From the IMG/VR virus record IMGVR_UViG_3300028129_000010, positions 9,178 to 73,177 of that record: a DNA stretch of 64,000 nt. One strand, 5' to 3'. This DNA is from a virus. Taxonomy: Duplodnaviria > Caudoviricetes. Below are positions 20,457 through 31,229 of this stretch, one piece after another. Position numbers and translations under genes: made by a program. Below the pieces are notes generated by a model. That model had not been told where the DNA came from, ran no database searches, and saw only the letters and a list, made by a program, of their open reading frames with translations. How positions within the stretch are numbered: position 1 is the stretch's first letter; each line of letters opens with the position of its first letter.

Positions 20457-20813
20457 TTAACTTTTAACATCATCCACATATAACAATTCGATTTCAGATT
20501 CATCTAATACACCATCGTCATCATCATCATCATCATCATCATCATCGTGTTCATCTTCTTTATTTTTTTTCTTAAACATATTAGTTAGTTTTGATATGTC
20601 TTTAGCAACATCCATAATACCGTTACTGAATGATACCTTAATTGACATATACAAACCAATAGGTATTGCTAATACTGTAATAATAGCAAATAAAAAAACT
20701 GATAATAAAATTCTTAAAACAAAATGTGTTACTTTGGTTATAGGACCTCTTTCAATCTTTAACTCATTTAAACTAGTAACACTATTATTCTTATTTTTAC
20801 AATTACAACCCAT
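20457..20813 (-). CDS. Small single-pass membrane protein with N-terminal CxC and poly-Asp tail (118 aa)
   Basis: MGCNCK; hydrophobic VLRILLSVFLFAIITVLAIPIGLYM; KKKNKEDEHDDDDDDDDDD. Confidence 0.55.
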   Translation of the reverse strand: MGCNCKNKNNSVTSLNELKIERGPITKVTHFVLRILLSVFLFAIITVLAIPIGLYMSIKVSFSNGIMDVAKDISKLTNMFKKKNKEDEHDDDDDDDDDDDGVLDESEIELLYVDDVKS

Positions 20814-20875
20814 AACTTAATTTTTATACCTTAATTATAACAATATTTAACCAAAAGTGAATAATACCGTATGAT

Positions 20876-22693
20876 TTACTTTACCCTTATTTTCACGTCA
20901 GTTTCTGGATATTTTATCTCAAACATACCTATTGGGTCACCGAAAAGTGTGTATTCACCCAATAAATCTATTTGTCTTGTTGCATCATCAATGTATGGTT
21001 GTGGTATCTCATTTGATGAGTATTTACCTTGACCAACCTTATTATAAACTCTAAGGTCAACAACATTTAAAACACCAGGAACATTATTAATATCCTCAAT
21101 TAGTTGAGCTAAATAAATGTTATCACCCATACCCCACTTATTTATATCAAAATAACTTGTTATCGTTGATATAGCTTGAGTTATTATTTCTGATTGTGAA
21201 AACTGCTTATCAACAAATAAATCAACTTCAAATCCTAAATTATATACTCTACCATTATCAACTTCAACATAATCATTAAGCATTCTATAATCAGATAAAT
21301 ATGTTGCTATATTTCTCTTAAGTGTTGTTGTTGATGTTGTACTTAATTTTGAACCGCTATCAAGAGTTAATGTATATATTTTAACCTTATTTTGTTCTTC
21401 GATAACATTATTTCTAAAAGGAATTCCAAATTCACCTGGCATTAATGCTATTCTTGTTTTATAATCTTCAATAGTTACACATCTTTCTTGAGATGCGAAA
21501 TTATATCTAACTAAGTTTCTTAATTCTTCAATACTAGGTTCATCTTTACCACCTAAAGCTGGTAACGGGTTATTTACTTTCAATGAATTAATTACTTGTT
21601 GGTTTATTGTAGTATTTGACCCATTAACAAACATTTCTTTTTTAGTTACAGTAGATATTGTGTTAGGTCCAACATTAGTGTCTGAACCACCACCAACTCT
21701 ATAAGAAATAAACATGGTTTTATTAGCACTAAGTGTAAGCCCTAACGCTGTATTATTAATAAAATCACCAATTCTATCAACCAACTGCTTATTTACGTCA
21801 AAATCACACAATGATGAAATATCTTCAGTACCACCACCAAAAATTATCTTAGTAAAACCATTATCTGTATATTCTCTTATAAATCTTTGGTCTATTCTTT
21901 TAAATTTACCTGGTTTTACTGTTGAATTATCACTTAATTTTGTATTATCTGGCACAAAAATTAAATCATCAGCTAATGCGTTAACCTCATACCATCTAAG
22001 GTCTTCATTGTAAAATTGACCTGTACTAGGTGTGGTTGTATAGTTTGTACCATCTAGCGTTATGATTGAATTAATAGATAAAACATTATCATCTGGTAAA
22101 ACAACCTCAAAGAATGGTCTAACATCAGCGGCACTTATAGTTCTACTGAATATCTTAGTTATACCATTATAAACCATTTCCCTCTTTGTAATAGTATAAT
22201 TTATTATGTTATCATTATTATCTAAATTAGGTACTACGAGTCTATTTGGTATTCCTCCAGTTGTAAATGGAGATGAGAAATCAATTTCTTCCATTGTTTC
22301 GAATATCTTACCAGCACCACTAACTTGAGCCCCAATAGATAATACTGGACAATAAGAAATATCAAACGTATCACCAAGTACTGGCACTGTTACTGAAAAG
22401 TCTACTATAGTTACTGACGGTTTCTTACCTGGGACTCTTAACCCAAAAGTTCTAGCCATAGCTAGTAATGAATTTCTTTCTTGAGCAAAATCGATTTGTG
22501 TCTCTTGGAACATTCTGTCAGTATGGAATGATAACATATCACCAACAGCAGCATTTAATTCTAAAAGCATCATACCAACTGACGCATCATTAAAATCATT
22601 AAAAATATCTGGGTAATATTCTCTTACAAAATTAACTAATTCTGTTCTTACATCAGCAAAGTTTCTACTATAATAATTTATTTTACGTGCCAT
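20876..22693 (-). CDS. Baseplate wedge subunit (T4 gp6 / P2 gpJ-like)
   Basis: MARKINYYSRNFADVRTEL...SVGMMLLELNAAVGDMLSFHTD...ETQIDFAQER; SYRVGGG...GG.DE...LRNLVRYNF.SQERCVT.EDY. Start moved from the track's TTG (22720) to the ATG at 22693. Confidence 0.85.
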   Translation of the reverse strand: MARKINYYSRNFADVRTELVNFVREYYPDIFNDFNDASVGMMLLELNAAVGDMLSFHTDRMFQETQIDFAQERNSLLAMARTFGLRVPGKKPSVTIVDFSVTVPVLGDTFDISYCPVLSIGAQVSGAGKIFETMEEIDFSSPFTTGGIPNRLVVPNLDNNDNIINYTITKREMVYNGITKIFSRTISAADVRPFFEVVLPDDNVLSINSIITLDGTNYTTTPSTGQFYNEDLRWYEVNALADDLIFVPDNTKLSDNSTVKPGKFKRIDQRFIREYTDNGFTKIIFGGGTEDISSLCDFDVNKQLVDRIGDFINNTALGLTLSANKTMFISYRVGGGSDTNVGPNTISTVTKKEMFVNGSNTTINQQVINSLKVNNPLPALGGKDEPSIEELRNLVRYNFASQERCVTIEDYKTRIALMPGEFGIPFRNNVIEEQNKVKIYTLTLDSGSKLSTTSTTTLKRNIATYLSDYRMLNDYVEVDNGRVYNLGFEVDLFVDKQFSQSEIITQAISTITSYFDINKWGMGDNIYLAQLIEDINNVPGVLNVVDLRVYNKVGQGKYSSNEIPQPYIDDATRQIDLLGEYTLFGDPIGMFEIKYPETDVKIRVK

Positions 22694-22732
22694 AACATTT
22701 CTTTTTACAATAAATATCAATATAACGATAAA

Positions 22733-22764
22733 TTTGTAAAAATAAATATTTTTAATTATATTTG
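22733..22764 (+). promoter_or_regulatory. Bacteroidota housekeeping-sigma promoter (-33 TTTG / -7 TAnnTTTG) for the Hef-like gene
   Basis: TTTG (22733-36), 20-nt spacer, TATATTTG (22757-64). Confidence 0.75.
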
Positions 22765-22798
22765 TTAATAGTTATAAGTACGTAACATTAGGAATGAT

Positions 22799-24424
22799 AT
22801 GAAAAAAAAGTCTCAGGAAGAATTTATTAAGGAAATTATGAATATCCATAGTGATAAGTATGATTATTCAAAAGTTAAATATATAAATAACAATACTAAC
22901 GTTATTGTTATATGTCCAGAGCATGGTGAATTTTTAAAAAAACCAATACACTTGATTAATAGGGGACAAGGTTGTCCTTTATGTTCAAGAGATGAGATAA
23001 GTTCTAAACAAAGAATGGGTTTAAATAATTTTATAACCAAAGCTAAAGAAATACATGGTGATAAGTATGATTATTCTTTAGTTAATTATAAAAATAATAG
23101 AACTAAGGTTAAGATTGTGTGTCCAGAACATGGTGAGTTTGAGCAATTACCAACTAATCATTTAAGAGGTAAAGGGTGTAAGTATTGTGGTGGAACTAGT
23201 AAAATGGATACAAAACTTTTCATAATTAAGGCTAAAGAAATACATGGGGATAAATATGATTACTCTTTAGTTAATTATAAAGTAAGTAGAGACCCAGTAA
23301 CCATAATATGTTCAGAACATGGTGAGTTTGAACAAACACCTAATAATCATTTATCTAAGGGTCAAGGTTGTCCAAAATGTTTAGGTAAGATAATTGACAC
23401 TGAAACTTTTATTAATAAAGCTAAGGTTATTCATGGAGATAAATATGATTACTCTAAGGTAGAGTATTCTAGTCAATTTGAAAAAATTAAAATAATCTGT
23501 CCAGAACATGGTGAAATTAACGTAACACCTCATTATCATATAAATGGGTTTGGTTGTAAATCTTGTTCTAATAGTTTGTCTTTATTAGAAAAGTCTATAC
23601 ATTCTTTTATAACTGATTTAAAAATTAATTGTATTGAAAATGATAAAGCAGTGCTTAACGGTAAAGAGTTAGACATATATATACCATCACATAAGGTAGC
23701 CATTGAATTTAATGGTCTTTATTGGCATTCTAATTTATTTGTTGATAATGACTATCATTTAAATAAAACTGAAGAATGTGAGAAGTTAGGTATTCAACTT
23801 GTTCATATATTTGAAGATGAATGGCTCCATAATGAAGGTATTGTTAAATCTAGAATTAAGAATATACTAGGTCTTACTAAAAATAAATTTTATGCTAGAA
23901 AGTGTGAAATTAAGGAAGTACCAGTAAAGGTTAAAACTAAATTCTTAAATGATAATCACATACAAGGTGCCATTGGTAGTAAAGTAAATTTAGGTTTGTA
24001 TCATAATGATGAATTACTATCTATTATGACTTTTGGTAAAAGACCTATATTAAATTCGTTAGAATTTGAATTATTAAGGTTTTGTAATAAATTAGATACA
24101 AGTGTTGTTGGTGGTGCTTCTAAGTTACTTAAACACTTTATTAAACATTATCAACCGAAAGAAATAATAAGTTATGCTGATAGAAGGTGGAGTCAAGGTA
24201 ATATGTATGAACAGTTAAAATTTAAGTTTATTGAAAATACACAACCTAATTGGTTTGTAGTTAAAGGTAAATATAGAGAAAATAGAGTTAATTATCAAAA
24301 ACACAGGTTAGTTGAAATGGGTTATGATAAAAATAAAACAGCTAACCAAATACTTAATGAAAATAATATGTATAAAATATATGATTGTGGAACTAAAAAA
24401 TTTACTTTATATTTACAATATTAA
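22799..24424 (+). mobile_element. Hef-like free-standing homing endonuclease: four Zn-finger-like repeats, PD-(D/E)xK (Vsr-like) nuclease, C-terminal GNAT/Mom-like domain (541 aa)
   Basis: Four HxDKYDYS.V.Y...C(P/S)EHGE...GC..C repeats; ELDIYIPSHKVAIEFNGLYWH; ELLRFCNKLDTSVVGGASKLL...ISYADRRWS.G.MY. Inserted antisense between two baseplate genes with its own promoter. Confidence 0.75.
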
Positions 24425-24429
24425 TTTTT

Positions 24430-24819
24430 TTAAATCTCTATAATGATAAAGTTTGTTTCTTGGAAAACACCCTCTGTAACTGTATAATCAATCCTAACCT
24501 TAGCAGCGTGTTCACTTCTTTCGCTTTGTTCAACACTAACTTCGTTTATTTGTAGGTTAGGTAAGTATTTTTTCACTGTTTCAGTTATTTCATTTTTTAT
24601 ATCGTTTCTAGTTAATGTATCGTTTGGTTCAAATATGTATTTTAATAAATTAGTTCCGAAGTCTGGCATATAAAGTCTTTCACCTTTCTTAGTTAGGATT
24701 AAATGCATTAGGTCTGACTTAATAGCCTTACTATCTTCATTATTTAATAATATGAAATCACCTCTATTACTTTCTTTAAATGGAAATGCTATATTTATAA
24801 ACTTACCTTTTTGAGCCAT
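24430..24819 (-). CDS. Baseplate wedge subunit / sheath initiator (T4 gp25 / P2 gpW-like, 129 aa)
   Basis: IKSDLMHLILTKKGERLYMPDFGTNLLKYIFEP...ITETVKKYLPNLQINEV is the gp25 family signature. Confidence 0.9.
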   Translation of the reverse strand: MAQKGKFINIAFPFKESNRGDFILLNNEDSKAIKSDLMHLILTKKGERLYMPDFGTNLLKYIFEPNDTLTRNDIKNEITETVKKYLPNLQINEVSVEQSERSEHAAKVRIDYTVTEGVFQETNFIIIEI

Positions 24820-24884
24820 AACAATTACTTTATAGATAAATATGATAATAAAAATTTTTGAAAAATAAATAGAACTATAAAAAC

Positions 24885-24918
24885 AAAAAAAGGGAAATCT
24901 TTCGAAATCCCCTCTTTT
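24885..24918 (-). terminator. Probable intrinsic terminator after nrdA
   Basis: Imperfect G/C stem around a CGAA loop followed by T7 on the minus strand. Confidence 0.5.
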
Positions 24919-24934
24919 ATTATCTTAATAACAT

Positions 24935-27103
24935 CTACGCAGAGCATCCACCACCCGCACAGTCGAACATTGAGTTCTCTGGTTTCTTAACAATATTAAC
25001 TTTTGCATTATCAGAAGCTGATAGTTTCTTATTCTTACCTAATTTGGATTCGGTTCTGGTATAATAAGCACCAGTCTTAAGTCCGTTTTTCCAAGCGAAT
25101 ACTAAAGCACTAGATATCTTACTGTATTTAGCATCTCTATGATAAACATTCATACTTTGGGATTGGTCTACGAATTTATTTCTAATAATAGCCAAATCTA
25201 ACAAAACTTTTTGTGGTATTTCCCAAACTGTTTTATATCTATACCTAATATCTTGTGGTATTTCTTGTATTTCTTGCACACTACCTTCATTTGCGATAAT
25301 TTGGTCTCTAATATCTGCTGTCCAAAGACCTAATTCATCTAATTCTCTAGCTAAGTATTTATTTACCACAATAAACTCACCATCACCAACCATTCTTGTG
25401 AATATATTAGATGTTACAGGTTCAAAACATTCAAAAGAACCTAAAAGTATAGCACTTGATGCCGTAGGCATTAAACCAATTAAAAGAGAATTTCTCATAG
25501 GAATTGGTACACCTTTTTCCATTGGAGACCATCCATCAACATATGTTTCACCTTTAGAATACTTAGAACCTTCCCATGCTGGGTAGTTTTTACCTTCTTC
25601 CATGGCTAATTCCATACTTTCTTCAACAGCAGCCTTATACATTGTTTCAAATATGTCATGATTCCATTGTTTAGCCTCTTCACTTTCAAAAGAAATCTTT
25701 TTCTTAGCAAAGAAATCTGCTAAACCAGCAACACCGACAGCAATTGCTCTTTGGTCTTCACCAGCTTTCTTACTCCAATCATCTGACCATTTATTATTAT
25801 CAATAACTTTATTTAATGCTCTTACTAAAACCTTAACAGATTTAGCAATACTCTTTAAAGAATCATGTTCAGCTAAATTAACTGATGCAAGTGTACATTG
25901 AGGTGTATACCCTGGTAAACTTGCTTGCATGATTTCAATACATAAATTACTTTGGTTGATAATACCGATATTATCTTGCATATTAATTTTATTAGCATTG
26001 TCTTTAAAGAAAACGTATGGTGTTCCACTCTCTACTTGAGAGCGAATAATAGAATCCCAAATCTTTTTAGGGTCAACTTCTTCACCCAACCCTAACATTA
26101 CTGCTTCATTATAAACTTCTTTAAATTCTTCACCATGAATTTCATAAAATGGTTTTAATCCCGCTTTTTTAATGTCGTTAGGACAAAATAAGTAGTATTT
26201 ATTACCATTTATTAAAGCATTCATGAATACATCATCTATGGTTACAGCAGTAAATAAATCTCTAGCTCTATTTAATTCTTCACCAATAGGTAGTCTTAAC
26301 TCTAAGAATGGTAAAATATCTTTATGCCATGTCGATAGATATAAAGCACAACTACCTGACCTATTACCTTGCTTAAAGAATCTCATTTTAGATTGTACCA
26401 TATCTGCAAATCTAACAACACCACCAGCATAACCTTTAAAACTACTTACCATGCTCTTAGAGCTCCTAAGTCTATCAATACAAAGACCAATACCAGAACC
26501 TTCTTTAGAACCATGAGCAATCTTATCTAGAGTAGCGTTAATACCTTCAATACTATCATCCATTAATGTAGTTAAATTACAACTAATTAAACCATTTCTA
26601 CCTTCAATACCAGAGTTTGATAAAATAGGTGTAGCAAAATTAACTTTTTTTTCGTATAGTTCATTAAGTAACTTTCTTCTTTCTTTAAAAGAATCTGGAT
26701 ATAAATGGTTTGCCACTCTACCGTGCATCATAGAGGGGATTTCAATAGGTTTTTTATCTTGATTTTTTTGGGAGTATTTTGTTAAAAATGTAGAAGCAGC
26801 AAAAGAGTCAAATTTTTCATCAACTTCTTTTGTTTCCACTTCAAGTATCTTAGCTTGTCTAGAGATAAGTATTCTACCACCCAATATAGCGTAATCTGGA
26901 TGTTCAATCTGTAAATCAGCAGATTGGAACGCTATAATCTCATCGATATCTGTAGCGGTCATCTCATCCTTAATATGTGGGACAACTTTTTGAAACAATT
27001 TATCAGCCTTAATATTTAAATCTTTAGATTGTTGTTTAATCCTAGTCAATATTTTATTAGGCATAAACGATTGTTTCGAGCCATCTCTTTTTATAATTTT
27101 CAT
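24935..27103 (-). CDS. nrdA: Ribonucleotide reductase class Ia, alpha subunit with ATP cone (722 aa)
   Basis: MKIIKRDGS ATP cone; ISCNL; QSNLCIE (N-C-E catalytic triad); CTLASVN; MPTASS; KTGAYY; C-terminal CAGGGC shuttle. Confidence 0.97.
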   Translation of the reverse strand: MKIIKRDGSKQSFMPNKILTRIKQQSKDLNIKADKLFQKVVPHIKDEMTATDIDEIIAFQSADLQIEHPDYAILGGRILISRQAKILEVETKEVDEKFDSFAASTFLTKYSQKNQDKKPIEIPSMMHGRVANHLYPDSFKERRKLLNELYEKKVNFATPILSNSGIEGRNGLISCNLTTLMDDSIEGINATLDKIAHGSKEGSGIGLCIDRLRSSKSMVSSFKGYAGGVVRFADMVQSKMRFFKQGNRSGSCALYLSTWHKDILPFLELRLPIGEELNRARDLFTAVTIDDVFMNALINGNKYYLFCPNDIKKAGLKPFYEIHGEEFKEVYNEAVMLGLGEEVDPKKIWDSIIRSQVESGTPYVFFKDNANKINMQDNIGIINQSNLCIEIMQASLPGYTPQCTLASVNLAEHDSLKSIAKSVKVLVRALNKVIDNNKWSDDWSKKAGEDQRAIAVGVAGLADFFAKKKISFESEEAKQWNHDIFETMYKAAVEESMELAMEEGKNYPAWEGSKYSKGETYVDGWSPMEKGVPIPMRNSLLIGLMPTASSAILLGSFECFEPVTSNIFTRMVGDGEFIVVNKYLARELDELGLWTADIRDQIIANEGSVQEIQEIPQDIRYRYKTVWEIPQKVLLDLAIIRNKFVDQSQSMNVYHRDAKYSKISSALVFAWKNGLKTGAYYTRTESKLGKNKKLSASDNAKVNIVKKPENSMFDCAGGGCSA

Positions 27104-27132
27104 AAATTTATTTTTTTTGTATTAGTTACTAA

Positions 27133-28092
27133 TTAAAAATCTGCATCATCAAAAATACCTACATTACTAGTAGGGATATCAACTCTAGTGTATCCACCAC
27201 CAGTTCTTCTTTCGAAGAAATTGTTTTTAGATGATAACCCAATCTTTTTCATAAAATCAAGTGGGTTTTTAGTTTTAAATTCTGTTTCACCAACAAAATC
27301 ATTTAAAACAACATCAGTTACGAATTCAACATACTCAACCATCATTTCTTTTGTCATACCTTGTAAACCGTCTGGTAGACTTTCCTCAACAAATTTCTTT
27401 TCAGTATCAAAACAAGAAAGAATTACCTCTCTTATTCTATCTTCAGATGGTTTATATTCATCCTTAATATAGTTTTTAAACATTTGTACTGCGAATTCAT
27501 AATGAAATGATTCATCTCTAAGGATAAGTTCATTCATTTCAGCTAATCCTGGCATCTTGTTTCTGCTTCTAAACCAGAATACCCCAGCAAAAACTGATGA
27601 AAATGCAATACCCTCAACGCAAGCAAAAGCGATTAGTTTTTCAACAAATGTACCATTATTTAACCAATTCTCAGCCCAAGCTGCTTTAGATTTAACCGCA
27701 TCGTTTGTTAACATTGAATTAAATAAGTCTGATTTTTCATTAGGGTCTTTAATATATGTGTCAATTAATAATGAGTATCCATTAGCGTGTACTTGTTCCA
27801 TGAACATCTGGTGGTTATAATAATATTTAGCTTCTGCTATTTCAACATTATCAATAACGTTATCACATAGGTTGTCAATAACTAACCCATCCGATATTGT
27901 AAAAAATGCTAAGATGTTTTTTAAATAAAACTTCTCGTCATCGTTTAATGATTCGTAATCATCTTGAGCTAAATTAACTTCTTCAGCTACCCAAGTTTGT
28001 TTTTCAGCTGCCTTGTAGGCATCCCATAAGTCTTGGTTCTTAATTGGGAAGATAGAATATCTTTTTTCTGTGTCTGAATTTTTTAAATACAT
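27133..28092 (-). CDS. nrdB: Ribonucleotide reductase class Ia, beta subunit (319 aa)
   Basis: W.AEEV.L..D; FFTISD; EQVHANGY; ACVEGIAFSS.FA; RDESFH; NFFERR..Y. Confidence 0.97.
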   Translation of the reverse strand: MYLKNSDTEKRYSIFPIKNQDLWDAYKAAEKQTWVAEEVNLAQDDYESLNDDEKFYLKNILAFFTISDGLVIDNLCDNVIDNVEIAEAKYYYNHQMFMEQVHANGYSLLIDTYIKDPNEKSDLFNSMLTNDAVKSKAAWAENWLNNGTFVEKLIAFACVEGIAFSSVFAGVFWFRSRNKMPGLAEMNELILRDESFHYEFAVQMFKNYIKDEYKPSEDRIREVILSCFDTEKKFVEESLPDGLQGMTKEMMVEYVEFVTDVVLNDFVGETEFKTKNPLDFMKKIGLSSKNNFFERRTGGGYTRVDIPTSNVGIFDDADF

Positions 28093-28113
28093 ATTTTTTT
28101 TAAAAATTAAAAT

Positions 28114-29541
28114 TTAATTATTATTTTCTGTGTCGCCACTTTGTCTATTAAGCATTGCTAATCTCATAGTGTTTGCTCTTTCATTTTCTCTCTTTTCTTT
28201 CATTTCATTGGTTTGTAAGAATGTCATACCTTGGTCTCCACCTTCGGTCATGTCAATCTTTATTCTACCATTATCAAAAACAATATCTTCGAATACAATA
28301 CCATCCTTACCAAATCTAGATTTAAGAATAGCCATATTAGCATGACCACTTTCTTTTTGGTCTAATGACTTAGCAATAGAAACAATGAAGTGTCCAATTT
28401 GACCCTTTTTGATAGAACCACCAATCATTGTTGAGTCAACTGTTTCGGCATTAATAGCACTCCTATTACCTTGTACCGCTGTCCATCCAGCAAGATTTAA
28501 TTCAGCTAACATAGTTTCAAATTGTCTCATAACATTACCTTCACCACTCCACTCATCATTAAATGATTTTGTTGGTACAACACAATCAATATAATCAACC
28601 AACACAATATCTGGTCTAAAACCTTGTGAAATTAATTTTTTAATATATTGCTTTATGTGTGGTATTGTAGTACCATCACTTGGGAACTTTTTCAACTTAA
28701 TAACACCTGGTTGTTCTTTCCTTCGTTTAGCGATATCAAAAACATAATCACTATTCTCAGATAAATCATTAAGTGTTATATCGGTATCTGGTTCTAAGTT
28801 GGCCCAACATGTAATATGTTTCCTTTGTATTACCTTTGGGTTGTCTTCGAAAAATATCTGTAAAACGTTTTGTCCTACGTTCTTAGCATGATTTGCTATC
28901 TTTGTGAACATTGTTGTCTTACCAACACCAAAAGCTGCTAAAATAACAGCTAATTCACCTTTAGATAGTCCACCATCCATGTATGAATCAAGACCATTAA
29001 TACCAGTCGGGATTGGTTTTCTAAAGTCTTCAGATAAAACATCTTCTAAATCATCGAAAACATCAATACCATCATCCTTATTCTCACCAACCTCTAAGGC
29101 TTTCTTAAGAATCTCTTCACACTTAATATAGTCATCTAAATCACCCTTATCAATAATCTTCTGAATCTCAACAACAGATTTTTTAAGTTCCTGTTGTTTA
29201 CAGAATTTCATTGCGGTGTCTTGTATCCTTAAACCATTATTAAGATTAGCATTTTTAACCATATCTAAATGGTCTAAATACATCTTCTTATCTATATCAT
29301 CATTAGCGTTAGCTAATACAATTGATTCTAAATTTACAATGTCTGGAATTGTACCATACTCATCATAATTATTAATGATTTCACTAGATAAAGCTCTTAA
29401 AAAACTATCATCAAAATAATTAGGTTTTAGTATATCAACAATAGACTCACCAAACTTTGGGTCAACAATGATTTGTTGTATAAGTCTGTATTGAAAGTCC
29501 TTACCTAAATAACCTAAATTTTCTTTATCTATTTTACTCAT
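28114..29541 (-). CDS. Replicative DnaB/gp41-like helicase (475 aa)
   Basis: TGINGLDSYMDGGLSKGEL; Walker A AAFGVGKTT; DIVLVDYID; WTAVQGNR; ILKSRFG. Confidence 0.92.
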   Translation of the reverse strand: MSKIDKENLGYLGKDFQYRLIQQIIVDPKFGESIVDILKPNYFDDSFLRALSSEIINNYDEYGTIPDIVNLESIVLANANDDIDKKMYLDHLDMVKNANLNNGLRIQDTAMKFCKQQELKKSVVEIQKIIDKGDLDDYIKCEEILKKALEVGENKDDGIDVFDDLEDVLSEDFRKPIPTGINGLDSYMDGGLSKGELAVILAAFGVGKTTMFTKIANHAKNVGQNVLQIFFEDNPKVIQRKHITCWANLEPDTDITLNDLSENSDYVFDIAKRRKEQPGVIKLKKFPSDGTTIPHIKQYIKKLISQGFRPDIVLVDYIDCVVPTKSFNDEWSGEGNVMRQFETMLAELNLAGWTAVQGNRSAINAETVDSTMIGGSIKKGQIGHFIVSIAKSLDQKESGHANMAILKSRFGKDGIVFEDIVFDNGRIKIDMTEGGDQGMTFLQTNEMKEKRENERANTMRLAMLNRQSGDTENNN

Positions 29542-29570
29542 TTTTTTAAAACTTATATTTAATAAATATA

Positions 29571-30134
29571 TTAATCTACTTTAAAGTCAGCCTCTTCTAT
29601 AACTCTTTTTAAGTCATGTTGCCCATACGTAGTTGTATAGTCATTTCTAGAAAAAGTTTTTTGAATTTCATCAATAATTTCTGGTATAATATCTCTGATA
29701 TTAACCGAATATCTGACATCAGTTTGGAACCAATTTCCAGAAAACACTGACTTAGATACAGTTTCTTTATCCACCTTAATTTCAAAAGTGAATAAATCTT
29801 CATTCTCAAAAATATCTTTTGTATCATTTTTACTAATTAAATATGGTTTATATTGTTTCCAACAAACCTCTTTAGATTGTTCTTTAAAGAAGCTAGGGAT
29901 AATACCCATATGACCGTATGTACCATTATGAATACCAGCAATATCATCCATTAACTCCTTCAATTCTAAAGAACCTATAACTTCATCATTATAGTTCTTA
30001 ACATCGAAAAGTCTTTGACAAATAATGTGGTCACTCTCTTGCTCATTTCTTCCGTTATTAATGTATAGTACAAACTCAAACCTAAAGTTTTCCCAAAAAT
30101 TCTTTCTTTTTCCTTTTTGATTTTTCATAAACAT
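29571..30134 (-). CDS. Hypothetical protein in replication block (187 aa)
   Basis: Co-oriented ORF between the exonuclease and the helicase. Confidence 0.6.
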   Translation of the reverse strand: MFMKNQKGKRKNFWENFRFEFVLYINNGRNEQESDHIICQRLFDVKNYNDEVIGSLELKELMDDIAGIHNGTYGHMGIIPSFFKEQSKEVCWKQYKPYLISKNDTKDIFENEDLFTFEIKVDKETVSKSVFSGNWFQTDVRYSVNIRDIIPEIIDEIQKTFSRNDYTTTYGQHDLKRVIEEADFKVD

Positions 30135-30138
30135 AAAT

Positions 30139-31197
30139 TTAATTTAAAATTTCATTATTTTTCTTTTCCCTTTCTATTAATTTTTTAAAGGGTAAAAGAT
30201 AATTATCATATCTACTTTCACCTAACATGATATCAATACCATCATCTTTAAGCATCTTGTAAACATTCTTTATACTTCTATCATCACTAAGTGGGTTATC
30301 TATAAGTTCATTTACTTCTTCAATAGCACTTTCAGTTAGAAGAGGATTTTCCAAGTCCACCAACTTTTTATTTATCTCATATAGTTGGTCACCTTGTACA
30401 CCATCTGTTATTCCATTAATGATGTTTGTTAGTACCGCAAGAGGTTTCTTTTTCTCACTTAATCTAACATCTTGTAATTCTTTAGCTCTTTCAATTATTT
30501 CATATAACTCCATTTTTTTCTCAGTGATTTTTGGGAAAAATTTAATAAGGGTTCCCTCACCAAGTCGTTTAACACCTTTTATACTATCACTCACATCACC
30601 TGTAAGTATCTTAACTAATGCAACATTTTCATAATGGTATTTGAAGTATTCATTAAAGTTCTCATGTGTTACATAAGTTTTTAAATCTAATAAGTACATT
30701 CTTACATCATTATTAACTAGTTGACATAAATCTCTATCACTTGTTACTATAGTGATTTTTTGATTTTCTTTCTTAGTTTTACAAATATAGGCAATAAAAT
30801 CGTCAGCTTCAACTTTTTCATCAACTAATTGTCTAATATATAATTCTTCTAGATAATTAAATACAACTCCTCTTTGCGTAACTTCCTCTAAGTCCTCTGG
30901 TTTTGTACCATTTATATAATCCTTACCTCTACCACTCTTGTAGTCTTTGTAGATTTCCCATCTTAATTTACCAGAGAATTCTCCATCCCAAAAAACGAAA
31001 ACCCTATGATAAAGATTTTCGTCTAATAATTTTCTTAATACAGTAATAAATTGATAGATACCACCGATATGTTGGCCTTTCCTATTGTATTCGTCTCTGG
31101 CACCGATAAAGCCCCTTTTATAAAGGGCATTACCGTCTACCAATAGAACATTTTCTGTTTGTATTACTTTACCGTTTTTTGGTGGTCTTCTTTTCAT
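30139..31197 (-). CDS. 5'-3' exonuclease / flap endonuclease (T4 RNase H / PolA N-terminal-like, 352 aa)
   Basis: LLVDGNAL; VFVFWDG; R...YKDYKSGR; EADDFIA; IVTSDRDLCQL; LTGDVSDSIKGVKRLGE. Confidence 0.93.
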   Translation of the reverse strand: MKRRPPKNGKVIQTENVLLVDGNALYKRGFIGARDEYNRKGQHIGGIYQFITVLRKLLDENLYHRVFVFWDGEFSGKLRWEIYKDYKSGRGKDYINGTKPEDLEEVTQRGVVFNYLEELYIRQLVDEKVEADDFIAYICKTKKENQKITIVTSDRDLCQLVNNDVRMYLLDLKTYVTHENFNEYFKYHYENVALVKILTGDVSDSIKGVKRLGEGTLIKFFPKITEKKMELYEIIERAKELQDVRLSEKKKPLAVLTNIINGITDGVQGDQLYEINKKLVDLENPLLTESAIEEVNELIDNPLSDDRSIKNVYKMLKDDGIDIMLGESRYDNYLLPFKKLIEREKKNNEILN

Positions 31198-31229
31198 TCA
31201 TATTAATTAGAATGTTAATAAAAATTGTA

